Counted from the first letter of the stretch, positions 23,280-33,324 are shown. The stretch: DNA of 64,000 nt from an uncultured Gemmatimonadales bacterium (GCA_963748815.1 CAVVKJ010000010.1:704001-768000); one strand, 5' to 3'. The notes: a model not told the origin generated them from the sequence alone. A program made the numbers and translations.

Positions 23280-23926
23280 CCCGCGCCGGTGGAACCCTGC
23301 TCCTCCTGGCCGCCGCCGTTGCGGCACCGCTGCACGCCCAGCGCGCCGATTCCATCATCGAGCGCACCTCGACCATCTACCGCCAGCTGCGCTCGCTGAC
23401 CGCCGACTTCGACCAGGTCGTCAGCAACGAGATGCTGGGGACGTACAAGAGCCGGGGAGCCCTGGCGCAGTCGGGGCCCTCCCGGCTCTCGATGCGCTTC
23501 ACCGATCCCGCCGGCGAGGCGATCGTCATCGACGGCACCTACATCTGGATCTACACGCCGAGCACCGCGCCCGGCCAGGTGCTCCAGGCGCCGATCGCCC
23601 GCGCGGCCGGCTATGGCGTCAACCTGCTGGGATGGTTGCTGGATCGGCCCACGGAGCGGTACACGGTGAGCTACCTGCGCGCCGACACGGCCTCCGGGAG
23701 TCCGGTCGACGTCCTGCGGTTGACCCCGGCGGTCGATGGGCTCCCCTTCACCTCCGCGACGCTCTGGCTCGCCAGGAGCGACGGGCTGCCCAGGCGCATC
23801 GAGGTCTCGGAACCGTCCGGGAACCGGCGGACCCTGACGCTTTCGAATTTGCGCACCAACATCACCCTCCCCGACGGCACCTTCACCTTCACGCCCCCGA
23901 AGGGCGTCAAGGTCGTCACCCAGTAG
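23276..23926 (+). CDS. lolA: Outer-membrane lipoprotein carrier LolA family
   Basis: Signal peptide, [29 protein letters not shown]. Confidence 0.82.
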   Translation: MTRAGGTLLLLAAAVAAPLHAQRADSIIERTSTIYRQLRSLTADFDQVVSNEMLGTYKSRGALAQSGPSRLSMRFTDPAGEAIVIDGTYIWIYTPSTAPGQVLQAPIARAAGYGVNLLGWLLDRPTERYTVSYLRADTASGSPVDVLRLTPAVDGLPFTSATLWLARSDGLPRRIEVSEPSGNRRTLTLSNLRTNITLPDGTFTFTPPKGVKVVTQ

Positions 23927-24771
23927 CGGCGCCCCGCAGCACCGATTCCACTTCGGCCGCCTGCTCCTCCCCGAGCCCGGCCCGGCGCGCCAGCACAAGC
24001 GCCTCCAGCCCGACCACCGCATACAATGTCCTATCGGCCGCGGACAGCGCCGCGAGGTGTGCCGCCACCGTCGCGGTGTCGCCACGGCGAATCGCGCCGG
24101 TGAGCGCCTCCGCCGGAGGCAGCCGGTCGAGGTTCAGCGCCGCGCCGTGGAGCAGCGGCAGGTAGATCCTTGCCGCCAGGTCGGCCGGCACCCCCGCCCC
24201 CTCCGCCAGCCGAACGGCCATGCCGGTGAGGGCTACCGTGTAGTTGGCCACGAGGGTGGCGCCGGCGTGATAGGCCGCCTTGGCGCCGGACGGCACCCGC
24301 ACCGCCGTCATGCCGAGGAGCCCCGCCAGCCGTTCCGCCGCCGCCAGGGCCTGCTCGTCGCCCTCGATGCCCGCGTAGGCCCCGCGCAGGCGCTCGGGCG
24401 CCGCCGCCGGGTCCGATACCGTCTGGAGCGGGTGGAACGACCCCAGACCCGCTGAAGAGCCGGTGAGCGCCATGAGCGCCCCCCGGTCGAGCAGGCCGGA
24501 GAGGTGAAGGACCGACTGCGGCGCGGAGATGCAGTCCTCCGCCGCGAGCCGCTCGGCGACCGCCGCGATTGCGCCGTCCGGCGTCGCAACGAGCACCAGC
24601 TCCGCTGTCGCGACACGCCCCAGCCCAATCGTCGACCCGGACGACCAGTGGCGCCGGGACGTCCCTGGCCTGGCGACCGAGCAGCGTCACCGAGACCCCG
24701 GAACGCGAAAGGGCCAGGGCAATGCCCTGGCCCATCCGGCCGGCGCCGATCACGGCGACGCGGAACGTCAC
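23916..24771 (-). CDS. Rossmann-like/DUF2520 oxidoreductase; one frameshift near 24605-24625 as assembled
   Basis: N-part VIGAGRMG; C-part VATPD, HLSG, SFHPLQT, YHAGA, LTGAIRRGD. Confidence 0.8.
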
Positions 24772-24775
24772 TCAG

Positions 24776-26416
24776 CTACTTCCCTGCGGGGACCGGGAAC
24801 CCGGGCGCGAGGGAGAGCAACGCCTGCGGTGTCGACGCCTTCGCGAGCAGGGACAGCGCCGTCTGCACCTGCGGGTCGTCGGCGGCGCGCCGGCGGAACT
24901 CCGCCGACCGCCCGAATACGTACCGCGCGATCGTGTACCCCATCTGCGCATCGACCCAGCGCGAGGCGCCGTCGAAGCTGGACTGGCTCACCGTGACCCC
25001 CTTGGAGCGAAGCCGGGCGTACACTTCGGCCCGCATGGCGGGGGTCACCGAGAAGTTCGGCGACTTCACGGTGCCGTTGTTCTTCAACTCGAGCGCGTAG
25101 GTGGTCAGCACGTCCAGGTAGACCGGGATCTGCGCACCGAGCGCTTCCCGGAACGTCCGTTCGGCGGTCGTGAAGGTGTCCTGCTGGACGACGATGTCGG
25201 GAACGATCCCGCCGCCGCCGAGCACCGTCCGCCCGTCGTCGGTCTTGAACTCCGGCAGCTTCATGGAGTCCCCCTGGGCCTCCAGCACCGAGTCGGGGAC
25301 GATGCCCCCGTTCCGGGCCGCCAGGATCGCCTGCAGCATCTGGTCCCGTTCGTCCGAGGCGGTCCGCTGGATCGTCCGGCCGCTCGGTGTGTACCAGCGC
25401 GCGGTGGTCAGCTTCAGCGCCGTGTTCTGGTCGATGCGGAAGACGGACTGCACCAGTCCCTTGCCGAAGGTCGGCAAGCCGACCACGAGCGCGCGGTCAT
25501 GATCCTGCAGCGCACCGGCGATGATTTCCGCCGCGCTGGCCGAGTACATGTCCACCAGCACCACGATCGGCATCGTTGGCCACGCCTGCGGCCGGGAGTC
25601 GGCGTAGGTCTCGGAGGAGCCCGCGGCGCGCCCGCGGGTCGAGACGACTTCCTGACCCGGGTCGAGGAAGAGATCGGAGACGTCAACTCCCTCGTCGAGC
25701 AGCCCGCCCGGGTTGCCGCGCAGATCGAGGATGAGTGAGGTGGCCCCCTGCCCGCGGAGACTGTCGATCGCGGTGCGGAGCTCGCTCGTCGAGGCCTGGC
25801 TCACCGTGCTGAGCGCAATGTACGCGATGTCATTCGCGAAGAGCGTCGGGGAAATGACCGACCGGTTGTGGATCTGGGCCCGGGTGAGCTTGAACTCGAT
25901 CGGGGCAGCGACCCCCGCGCGGCGCACCGTCAGGATCACGTCGCTGCCGGCCGGGCCGCGCAGCGTCGACACCGCCTTTTCGGACGAATAGTCCTCGGTG
26001 GAGGTGCCGTCAATGGCGGTGATCTGGTCGCCCGTCTGGATGCCGGCGCGCTCCGCGGGCGTCTCAGGCAGCGGGGCCACCACGGTGATCCACCCGGCGC
26101 GGACCTCGATCTGGATGCCGAGCCCGCCGTAGTTGCCGGTGGTGGTCTCGGTGAGCGCCTTGTAGTTGTCGCCCTGGAGGAGGTCGGTATACGGATCGTG
26201 CAACTCCTCCAGCATCCCGACGGTGGCCTTCTGGTAGAGGGCCGCCTCGCCGATGCTGTCGACGTAGTAAGTCTGCACGCGGGCGAGCACGTCGTCGAAG
26301 AGGCGCGCGCTCTGGTACACGCCGCCGTCGTTGTTCACCCCGCGCTGCAGCAGCCATCCCCCCGAGAAGAAGGAGATGCACGCCACTGCCAGGATCAGCC
26401 CCCACCGTTGTCTCAT
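24776..26416 (-). CDS. S41 family C-terminal processing protease (CtpA/Prc)
   Basis: DPYT, PDZ domain (GLGIQI), DLRGNPGG, SASAAEI, TFGKGLVQ. Confidence 0.92.
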   Translation of the reverse strand: MRQRWGLILAVACISFFSGGWLLQRGVNNDGGVYQSARLFDDVLARVQTYYVDSIGEAALYQKATVGMLEELHDPYTDLLQGDNYKALTETTTGNYGGLGIQIEVRAGWITVVAPLPETPAERAGIQTGDQITAIDGTSTEDYSSEKAVSTLRGPAGSDVILTVRRAGVAAPIEFKLTRAQIHNRSVISPTLFANDIAYIALSTVSQASTSELRTAIDSLRGQGATSLILDLRGNPGGLLDEGVDVSDLFLDPGQEVVSTRGRAAGSSETYADSRPQAWPTMPIVVLVDMYSASAAEIIAGALQDHDRALVVGLPTFGKGLVQSVFRIDQNTALKLTTARWYTPSGRTIQRTASDERDQMLQAILAARNGGIVPDSVLEAQGDSMKLPEFKTDDGRTVLGGGGIVPDIVVQQDTFTTAERTFREALGAQIPVYLDVLTTYALELKNNGTVKSPNFSVTPAMRAEVYARLRSKGVTVSQSSFDGASRWVDAQMGYTIARYVFGRSAEFRRRAADDPQVQTALSLLAKASTPQALLSLAPGFPVPAGK

Positions 26417-27048
26417 GCCTGCCTCCAGAGGTCGGGCCGCGCGCGTTGCACGGCCGTCCAGGCCGCCTCGAGCAGCTGCTCGGGGCTCCCGGTCGCATCC
26501 AAGTGTACAATGCCGGGGCCAGTTACCGCGACGTAGGCCCGGCAGATCCGGTCATGAAAGTCGCCCGATTCACGATCGAGCCGATCCAGCGCCTTGCCGG
26601 CCGCCTCCTGCCGCCCCCGCCCAACCCCCGGCGGAAGATCCAATACCAACGTGATGTCCGGACCGACCCCTCCGGTCGCAGCCAGGTTTCCCGCCTCCAC
26701 CAGCGCCCGGTCCAATCCGCGTCCCACGACCTGGTAGACCTCGGTCGAGAGCGTAAACCGATCGGCGAGGACCACCTGACCCTCGGCCAGCGCCGGCTGG
26801 AGGACTTGGGCGGTCAGGTCCGCCCGCGCGGCCAGGAACAGGAACAACTCCGCCACCGGGGCGACCTGGTGGTCGGCGTCCAGCAGCGCCTGCCGGACCG
26901 ATTCCGCCAGCGGCGTCCCGCCCGGCTCCCGGACGACGACCGGGGCCCGCCCTGCCGCCGACATCCGGGCGGCGAGCGAACGGACCAGCGTCGACTTGCC
27001 GGACCCCTCGGGCCCCTCGACGACGACGAACAGCCCGGGTGCGGACAT
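26413..27048 (-). CDS. tmk: Thymidylate kinase
   Basis: FVVVEGPEGSGKST, REPGGT, ADRF. Confidence 0.95.
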   Translation of the reverse strand: MSAPGLFVVVEGPEGSGKSTLVRSLAARMSAAGRAPVVVREPGGTPLAESVRQALLDADHQVAPVAELFLFLAARADLTAQVLQPALAEGQVVLADRFTLSTEVYQVVGRGLDRALVEAGNLAATGGVGPDITLVLDLPPGVGRGRQEAAGKALDRLDRESGDFHDRICRAYVAVTGPGIVHLDATGSPEQLLEAAWTAVQRARPDLWRQA

Positions 27049-27398
27049 CAGAGCGTGATGATGCTGCTCGTGGCGCCCAGTTCCATCCCCTCGCTGATGT
27101 CCTGGTTCACCTTGGTCATCAGCTTTTCGAAGTTGGCGCGAGCCACCGCGTAGGCCTGGCCGGTCGCGCTCACCTCGAGTTCGCGCACCGCCGTCTCGTA
27201 GGCCTCGGTGGTCTCGGCATCCGGCATCTGGCCGGCGGCCATCATCTGGTCGACCTTGGTCGCGAGCTGCTGGATGGCGTCGAGCTTGGCCACCGTGGGC
27301 GCGTCCTCGCGGAGCGCCTGCTCCGTGCGCCGAAGGGTCTTGTACTCCGTCGACTGGCCGATCTGGCGGCCGAGATCCTTCGCCTTCTCCGAAATCAC
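27048..27398 (-). CDS. YlbF/YmcA-family regulator
   Basis: Small helical protein: AKDLGRQIGQSTEYK...FEKLMTKVNQDI. Confidence 0.7.
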   Translation of the reverse strand: MISEKAKDLGRQIGQSTEYKTLRRTEQALREDAPTVAKLDAIQQLATKVDQMMAAGQMPDAETTEAYETAVRELEVSATGQAYAVARANFEKLMTKVNQDISEGMELGATSSIITL

Positions 27399-28252
27399 GA
27401 CGTCTCACTCCTCCGCGCCAGCACAAAGCGGGCGCGGTCGTAGAGGTCCAGGTGGACGGCCGCGTCGATCCATCCTGCGCGGGCCGCGAGGGCGGCCACG
27501 TCGGCCGCCCGGTGACAATCCACTTCCAGCGCCAGCCAGCCGCCCCGCCGGACGACGCCGAGGCCGTCCTGAAGGATGCGCCGGGTGGCCTCCAGCCCAT
27601 CGTCTCCGCTGACCAGCGCCAGGGCCGGCTCCCACGCCCGGACGGCGGGGTCGAGCGAAAGGTACTCCGCGTCGGTCAGGTACGGCGGGTTCGCCACCAG
27701 CACGTCGACCGTCTCACCCCGCAACGGCTCAAGGAGATCGCCGAGCTGCCACTCCACCGTGAGTCCCAGTCGCTCCCCGTTCTCCCGGGCCTGCGCGAGC
27801 GCCTCCGCCGAGGCGTCGACAGCGATGACGCGGTCGTAGCGACCCTCCTGCGCCAGCGCGAGCGCGACGCAGCCGCTCCCGGTGCAGACGTCGGCCACGA
27901 CGCCGACGGGCATCCTCTCCAAGACGAGCGCAACCAGCCCTTCGGTTTCGGGCCTGGGGATCAGGGCGCGCCGGTCGGACGACAACAGGAGGTGGCGGAA
28001 CCCGACGCTCCCGGTCACATGCGCCAGCGGTTCGCCACCCGCCCGGCGCTCGACGAAGCGCGCCAGGAGGTCGCGCTGGGTGACGCTCAGAGCTCGGTCC
28101 GGATGCAATCGCGCCTGGCCCGCGTCGACGCCCCAGGCGGCTTCGGCGAGGCGAGACGCCTCCCGTCGGGCGTCGGGCACGCCGGCCCCGCGGAGCGCCT
28201 CCGCGGCGCCCTCGAGCGCCCCGGCCGCGGTCAGCGGGAGGTCAGCGACCAC
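27395..28252 (-). CDS. prmC: Release factor glutamine methyltransferase
   Basis: GEPLAHV, LIPRPETE, DVCTGSG, NPPY; downstream of prfA. Confidence 0.95.
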   Translation of the reverse strand: MVADLPLTAAGALEGAAEALRGAGVPDARREASRLAEAAWGVDAGQARLHPDRALSVTQRDLLARFVERRAGGEPLAHVTGSVGFRHLLLSSDRRALIPRPETEGLVALVLERMPVGVVADVCTGSGCVALALAQEGRYDRVIAVDASAEALAQARENGERLGLTVEWQLGDLLEPLRGETVDVLVANPPYLTDAEYLSLDPAVRAWEPALALVSGDDGLEATRRILQDGLGVVRRGGWLALEVDCHRAADVAALAARAGWIDAAVHLDLYDRARFVLARRSETS

Positions 28253-29306
28253 TCGCCGCCTCCTCCTGCCGGCTCGCGACCCTCAGCGCCTCGACCACTT
28301 CCTCGATGTGCCCATCCATGATGTCGGGCAGGTTGTGCACCGAGAGGTTGATCCGGTGGTCGGTCACCCGGCTCTGCGGATAGTTGTAGGTCCGGATCTT
28401 CGCGGAGCGATCGCCGGTGCCCACCATGGCGCGGCGGTCCTGCGCCCGCGCCGCCTCCTGCTCGGCGATCATCCGGTCGAGCAGCCGCGCCCGCAGGACC
28501 TCCATCGCCTTGAGCTTGTTCTGCAGCTGGGACTTCTGGTCCTGCTGGCTCACCACCAGCCCCGACGGCAGGTGCGTAATCCGCACGGCGCTATCGGTGG
28601 TGTTCACGCTCTGCCCGCCGGGCCCCGAGGAGCGAAAGACGTCGATCTTGAGGTGATTGGGGTCGATCTTGACGTCCACCTCTTCGGCTTCAGGCAGCAC
28701 CGCCACCGTGGCGGCCGAGGTATGGATGCGGCCCTGCGTCTCGGTGGCGGGCACCCGCTGCACCCGGTGAACGCCCGACTCGCGCCGCAGCCGTCCGAAC
28801 GCATCCTGCCCGCGAACCGCGAAGATCACCTCGCGCAGCCCGCCGAGCGAGGCGTCGCTCTCGGAGATCAGCTCGATCCGGAGCCCGTGCCGCTCGGAGT
28901 ATCGGGTGTACATCCGGTAGAGGTCGGCGGCAAAGAGCGCGGCTTCGTCGCCACCGGTGCCGGCGCGGATTTCCATGATGGCGTCGCGGTCGTCGAGCGG
29001 ATCGCGCGGCACCAGCAGTTCGTGCAGTTCCGCCCGCGTGGCGTCCACTTCGGCCGGGAGCCGGTCGAGATCGACCCGGGCCAATGCCACAAGCTCGGGA
29101 TCGGCTTCCTGCGCCATTTCCCGAGCCTGAGAGAGTTCATCTTCGAGCCGTCGCAGCCGCTCTGCGGTGCGCACGATCGGTACGAGGCGGGCGTGCTCGC
29201 GTCCGAGGGTCGTCAGGCGCTTGGAATCACGGGCGGTGGCGGGGTCGGACAACTCCCGCGACACCTCCTCCGCCCTGGCCAAGGCCTGGCGGAGGCGCGC
29301 CTCCAT
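28242..29306 (-). CDS. prfA: Peptide chain release factor 1
   Basis: EIRAGTGGDEA, VPATE (PxT motif), GGQ, RTYNYPQ. Confidence 0.97.
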   Translation of the reverse strand: MEARLRQALARAEEVSRELSDPATARDSKRLTTLGREHARLVPIVRTAERLRRLEDELSQAREMAQEADPELVALARVDLDRLPAEVDATRAELHELLVPRDPLDDRDAIMEIRAGTGGDEAALFAADLYRMYTRYSERHGLRIELISESDASLGGLREVIFAVRGQDAFGRLRRESGVHRVQRVPATETQGRIHTSAATVAVLPEAEEVDVKIDPNHLKIDVFRSSGPGGQSVNTTDSAVRITHLPSGLVVSQQDQKSQLQNKLKAMEVLRARLLDRMIAEQEAARAQDRRAMVGTGDRSAKIRTYNYPQSRVTDHRINLSVHNLPDIMDGHIEEVVEALRVASRQEEAASGR

Positions 29307-29309
29307 GCC

Positions 29310-29528
29310 CTACTCCTTTGGAGCGTCGGCGCCTGCCTGATACCGGCGGCGGAACCGATCGACGCGACCAGCGGTGTCCATCAGGCGCTGCTTCCCAGTG
29401 TAATAGGGATGGCACTTCGCGCAGACTTCGACGTGGATGGACTTGGACGTCGAACGGGTCTCGAAGGAATTGCCGCAGGCACAGATGGCCGTCAGCTTCT
29501 GGTACACGGGATGGATGTCGGCCTTCAC
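29310..29528 (-). CDS. rpmE: 50S ribosomal protein L31 (Zn-binding form)
   Basis: [29 protein letters not shown]. Confidence 0.97.
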   Translation of the reverse strand: MKADIHPVYQKLTAICACGNSFETRSTSKSIHVEVCAKCHPYYTGKQRLMDTAGRVDRFRRRYQAGADAPKE

Positions 29529-29665
29529 GGGGTGCTCCTGAATGCGTCTGGTGGTCGCCGAGGCCCGGAGTGGGTCAGGGTTCGCAAGCCGGGAAAGATA
29601 AACGAGTTACGCTCCGAGCGGAAGCGCCGGAGGGCCGCCAGAAGCCCGGGACGGGGAAGGCAGAA

Positions 29666-29694
29666 TTGACTCCGCCATCCCCTCTAAGTAACGT
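29666..29694 (+). promoter_or_regulatory. Putative sigma-70 promoter of the crp-like gene
   Basis: TTGACT, 17-nt spacer, TAACGT. Confidence 0.55.
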
Positions 29695-29723
29695 CAGGGC
29701 TTCCACTTCCACGCCGAGGCCTA

Positions 29724-30401
29724 GTGACCCAGTCTCCACTTGAGATCCTTCGCGCGGTCCCGATCCTCTCCAAGGTGCCCCAGGCCGACCTCATGGCCCT
29801 GGCCCAGGCGTCCCGGGAACGATCGTACCCGGCCGGCCAGACCATCCTCCGTCAGGACGCCCCGGGCGACGCGATGTATGTCGTGATCGAGGGCCGGGTG
29901 AAGGTCGTGCTGATCGGGGAGGACGGCCGCGAGGTGATCCTGAGCGTCCTCGGCGCGGGCGCGGTATTCGGCGAGATGTCGCTCCTCGATGATGAGCCCC
30001 GCTCCGCCCACGTCATCGCGATGACCCCCTGCCATGTCATGACGCTGTATCGCGGAGCGTTCCACGAGCGGCTCCGGGCCTCGCCCGATCTCTGCCTGGC
30101 CATGCTCGCCGCGATGTCGAGCCGACTGCGCGCCGCCGACGAGCGGATTCGCGCGCTCAGCCTGCTCGACGTGAACGGCCGGGTGGCGCACCTCATCCTG
30201 CAGCAATCCGCCGAGGCGGGGAGCGATGTCTTCCCACGGCGGCTCACCCACCAGAACATGGCGGAATTGATCGGCGCCAGTCGCGAAACAGTGTCGCGGA
30301 CGTTGCGGCACCTCGTGGACCGGGAGGTCATCGCCATCGGCCGCCGGCAGATCACGATCCTCGACCGTTCCGCGCTCGAGGCGGCTGTCCGGCCAGCGTG
30401 A
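29724..30401 (+). CDS. Crp/Fnr family transcriptional regulator (CRP-like)
   Basis: cNMP pocket FGEMSLLDDEPRSA; HTH ASRETVSR. Confidence 0.93.
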   Translation: MTQSPLEILRAVPILSKVPQADLMALAQASRERSYPAGQTILRQDAPGDAMYVVIEGRVKVVLIGEDGREVILSVLGAGAVFGEMSLLDDEPRSAHVIAMTPCHVMTLYRGAFHERLRASPDLCLAMLAAMSSRLRAADERIRALSLLDVNGRVAHLILQQSAEAGSDVFPRRLTHQNMAELIGASRETVSRTLRHLVDREVIAIGRRQITILDRSALEAAVRPA

Positions 30402-30412
30402 TCCATATCACG
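30397..30412. promoter_or_regulatory. CRP-type binding site
   Basis: CGTGA-tccata-TCACG (GTGA-N6-TCAC) overlapping the crp stop codon. Confidence 0.55.
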
Positions 30413-30489
30413 GCGCCGTCGCGCCCGGCGACCCTCATTGGCGAATGGCAATTGCGGCACGGATATCGCCCATTCGTCTTGACATGGCG

Positions 30490-31347
30490 ATGAATCTTTC
30501 GGTCACGTTCTGGGGCACACGCGGCACGATCCCCGTGCCCGGCCCCGGTACGGTGCACTATGGCGGGAATACGCCCTGCGTCTCGATCGAGGACAGCTCC
30601 GGTCCTTGCGTCATCCTGGACGCGGGGACCGGGATCCGTGGGCTCGGCCATCGCCTTCGTGATGCCCCGACGGCGAGCCGCCTCGACCTCTTCCTGTCCC
30701 ACGTCCACTGGGATCACATCCAGGGACTGCCCTTCTTCTCGCCGATGTACGCCGATGGGCAGGAGATCCACATCCACGGCCCCACACCGGTCGGCGTGTC
30801 GCTGGAGACGGTGCTCCAGCGCCAGCTGGACGCCGCCGTGTACCCGGTGCCGCGAGCCGCGCGGCCGGCGCGAGTGTCGGTGCACGAGTACGCCGCCGGC
30901 GCGGTCGTCGAGGTGCCCGGATTCACGGTCGAGAGTCGCGCCCTTTCACACCCCGGCGGCGCCCTTGGCTATCGGATCACGCCGACCGCCGGCGGGCCCG
31001 CCGTGGCCTACCTCACCGACAACGAGCTGGGGGCGGGCGGGATGGCGCGGGTGGCGCCCGCGTGGCGTGAGGAGCTGGTGCAATTTCTCGCCGGGGCTGC
31101 CCTGCTGATTCACGATGGGATGTACACCCCCGAGCTGGGGGCGGCGCGCGCCGGATGGGGGCACTCGACCGCGCTCGAGGCGGTCGCACTGGCTGCGGAC
31201 GCACGAGTCGGACGACTGGCGCTCTTCCATCATGACCCGGATCACGACGATCCCCAGGTGGACGCGCTGCTCGCGGCGGCCCGGGGGGCGGCCCCGCCTG
31301 GACTCACGGTCGACGCAGCCCGCGACGGCTGGACAGTGACGCTGTGA
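30490..31347 (+). CDS. MBL-fold metallo-hydrolase (RNase Z/phosphodiesterase-like)
   Basis: WGTRG, GGNTPC, DAGTG, SHVHWDHIQG, WGHS, FHHDP; start may be 30484. Confidence 0.88.
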   Translation: MNLSVTFWGTRGTIPVPGPGTVHYGGNTPCVSIEDSSGPCVILDAGTGIRGLGHRLRDAPTASRLDLFLSHVHWDHIQGLPFFSPMYADGQEIHIHGPTPVGVSLETVLQRQLDAAVYPVPRAARPARVSVHEYAAGAVVEVPGFTVESRALSHPGGALGYRITPTAGGPAVAYLTDNELGAGGMARVAPAWREELVQFLAGAALLIHDGMYTPELGAARAGWGHSTALEAVALAADARVGRLALFHHDPDHDDPQVDALLAAARGAAPPGLTVDAARDGWTVTL

Positions 31348-31373
31348 CTCGGATTCTCACAAGGAGTGGACCG

Positions 31374-32060
31374 ATGATTCGCACGGCCCGCCTGATGTGC
31401 CTGATTGGCCTCCTCGCCGCCGCGCCCCCGCTCCTCGGGCAGGGCGCGACCCCGGCCGTCGTGGTCCTGACGTTCGAGAACGGCGGCTCCTACGGCCTCG
31501 ACTCCCTCGACTTTTCCGGGTTGGGGCGAGGTATTCCCGCGGCGCTCACCGCGGACCTGGCACGCAACCCGGGCCTGCGCATGGTCGACCGGGCCCAGGC
31601 ACAGCAGATGATCGAGCGGGACGGCCTGAGCCGGAACGGCCGGGTCGACGCGACCGCCGCCGCCAAGGTCGGCAAACAGCTGGGCGCGACGTACGTGGTG
31701 ACCGGCACGTTCGTGGACTACTACGGGCGGGTACGCATCGACGCGCGACTCATCGACGCGGGCACGGGCGCCATCCTCGAGGTCGTATCCACGGGACAGC
31801 GTGCCCGATCGGAACTGCCGCAGATGATCGCCGACATCGCATCGCAACTGATGTCAGGGAAGCGGTTGCCGGCCCTGCCGACCGGGACGGCGGCGGGGGC
31901 CAAGGTCAGTTCGGACGCGCTCGTCCTGTTCGGGCGGGCGGTGCTGGCGCAGGATCAGGGGGACAAGGCGATGGCGGTGCAGTACTACCAGCAGGCGCTA
32001 AAGCTCGCGCCGGACTTCGCGGCCGCTAGGGCCGGGCTGCAGTCGGCCCAGGCGTCGTAG
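31374..32060 (+). CDS. Exported CsgG/TolB-N-like domain protein with C-terminal TPR
   Basis: Signal peptide; VVLTFEN, VGKQLGATYVVTG, RIDARLID; YQQALKLAPDF; SD AAGGAG. Confidence 0.7.
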   Translation: MIRTARLMCLIGLLAAAPPLLGQGATPAVVVLTFENGGSYGLDSLDFSGLGRGIPAALTADLARNPGLRMVDRAQAQQMIERDGLSRNGRVDATAAAKVGKQLGATYVVTGTFVDYYGRVRIDARLIDAGTGAILEVVSTGQRARSELPQMIADIASQLMSGKRLPALPTGTAAGAKVSSDALVLFGRAVLAQDQGDKAMAVQYYQQALKLAPDFAAARAGLQSAQAS

Positions 32061-33324
32061 CCGGCGCCGGGGCGGCCCGGATCGCTCCGAGCGCCATTCC
32101 CAGGTTCGCCGGGACAAAGAACACCAGGATCGGGGCGTTCACCTGCGAGAACCAGGGGAGCACCTGCCACAGGACGCCGAGGACCGAGAGCATCGCGACG
32201 GTCACGGCGAGCACCCGCAGGCCGGCCGGGGCCGGTCCGGCGCGCCGGGCCCATCCCGCCAGGAATCCGAACATCAGCAGGCCCAACATGCTCGCCTGCA
32301 GGACGTTTTCGTTCCGGTAGGCGTAGGTGTGGTCGGTGAACGCCCAGAGATAGATCATGATGAGGCCCGCGAGACCCGACACCAGCGTCCAGGCGCCGGC
32401 AAGCACCAGGAACGGCCGCCGCCCTCTCCCTGCCCCGCTCCGTCCACCAGTCCACGCCAGCAGTCCACCCACCAGCACTCCCAGGACCAGGAACCATCCG
32501 AGCCACGACGCCGGTGAGCGGTTTACCGGCGCCATGTCCTTTCGGGCCGGGACGAAGCTCGTGATGTCCACCAGGGGCGCCCCGCCTCCGTCCACCGCGG
32601 GATTCACGGCAGGCGCCACAGAGCGTGCGAGGTTCATCGGGATGAAGGCATCGTCCCACGCCGACAGCGGCAGGTCGGTGGACGGCCCGAGGAGCAGCAT
32701 CAGGCCGAAATACCAGGCGGGATTCCCGGCCGTAAGTTCAGCGGTGCGTGAGCGGAAGGTGGCACCCGCGGGGAGGGCGGCAAGCGGCGCCTCCAAGGCG
32801 CCGCCCAGGCTCACGTTCAGCGCATCGCGCACCCGCGTGGAGCAGTTATCCCGGAACGGCTCGTAACGATAGTCCTTCATGTCGGGCTGGGCGTTGCGGG
32901 CAAGGGTGGCGGCGAGCAGCCGGGCCTGGCCTGGGGTGAGTGCCAGCTGCTGGCTCTCGACCGATCGTCCTTCGCGCTGATAGAAGGCAATGTATCGGGC
33001 GGCGGAAAAGCCCTCCATCGCATACAGCATCCGGCCCTGCAGGAAATTCCAGAAAAAGTTCGTCTGGTGAAAGTTGTAAATTCCGTAATTGTAGGCGATA
33101 TCCGTCCCAGCGACCGAGTCCGTCACTCGGATCATGTTGTGACCAAACATCTCCCAGACCATCATGCCGGTGGGATTGGGACCGAACGTGACGAGGGAAA
33201 TCCGAGGCGCGGGGGCCGCCGCGTCGAGCGCGGAATCGGTGGCGGAGATCTGAGCCTCGGCACCGCCGGCCCATCCGGCACCGAGCAGCCCGAGGAGGAG
33301 GGCAACCCGGCGCCCGCGCCTCAC
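32026..33324 (-). CDS. DUF4105 / Lnb-like lipoprotein N-acyltransferase candidate
   Basis: FGH...YNYG...YRYEPFRDNCSTR periplasmic domain plus C-terminal TM helices. Confidence 0.72.
   Translation of the reverse strand: MRRGRRVALLLGLLGAGWAGGAEAQISATDSALDAAAPAPRISLVTFGPNPTGMMVWEMFGHNMIRVTDSVAGTDIAYNYGIYNFHQTNFFWNFLQGRMLYAMEGFSAARYIAFYQREGRSVESQQLALTPGQARLLAATLARNAQPDMKDYRYEPFRDNCSTRVRDALNVSLGGALEAPLAALPAGATFRSRTAELTAGNPAWYFGLMLLLGPSTDLPLSAWDDAFIPMNLARSVAPAVNPAVDGGGAPLVDITSFVPARKDMAPVNRSPASWLGWFLVLGVLVGGLLAWTGGRSGAGRGRRPFLVLAGAWTLVSGLAGLIMIYLWAFTDHTYAYRNENVLQASMLGLLMFGFLAGWARRAGPAPAGLRVLAVTVAMLSVLGVLWQVLPWFSQVNAPILVFFVPANLGMALGAIRAAPAPATTPGPTAARP

Noticed and set aside
29529..29600. Structured L31 leader or tRNA upstream of rpmE
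   Set aside because: No cloverleaf or recognisable conserved fold by eye; a covariance-model search would be needed.
31343..31361. TGTGA...TCACA as a second CRP site
   Set aside because: The spacer is 9 nt rather than 6, which is incompatible with CRP dimer geometry.
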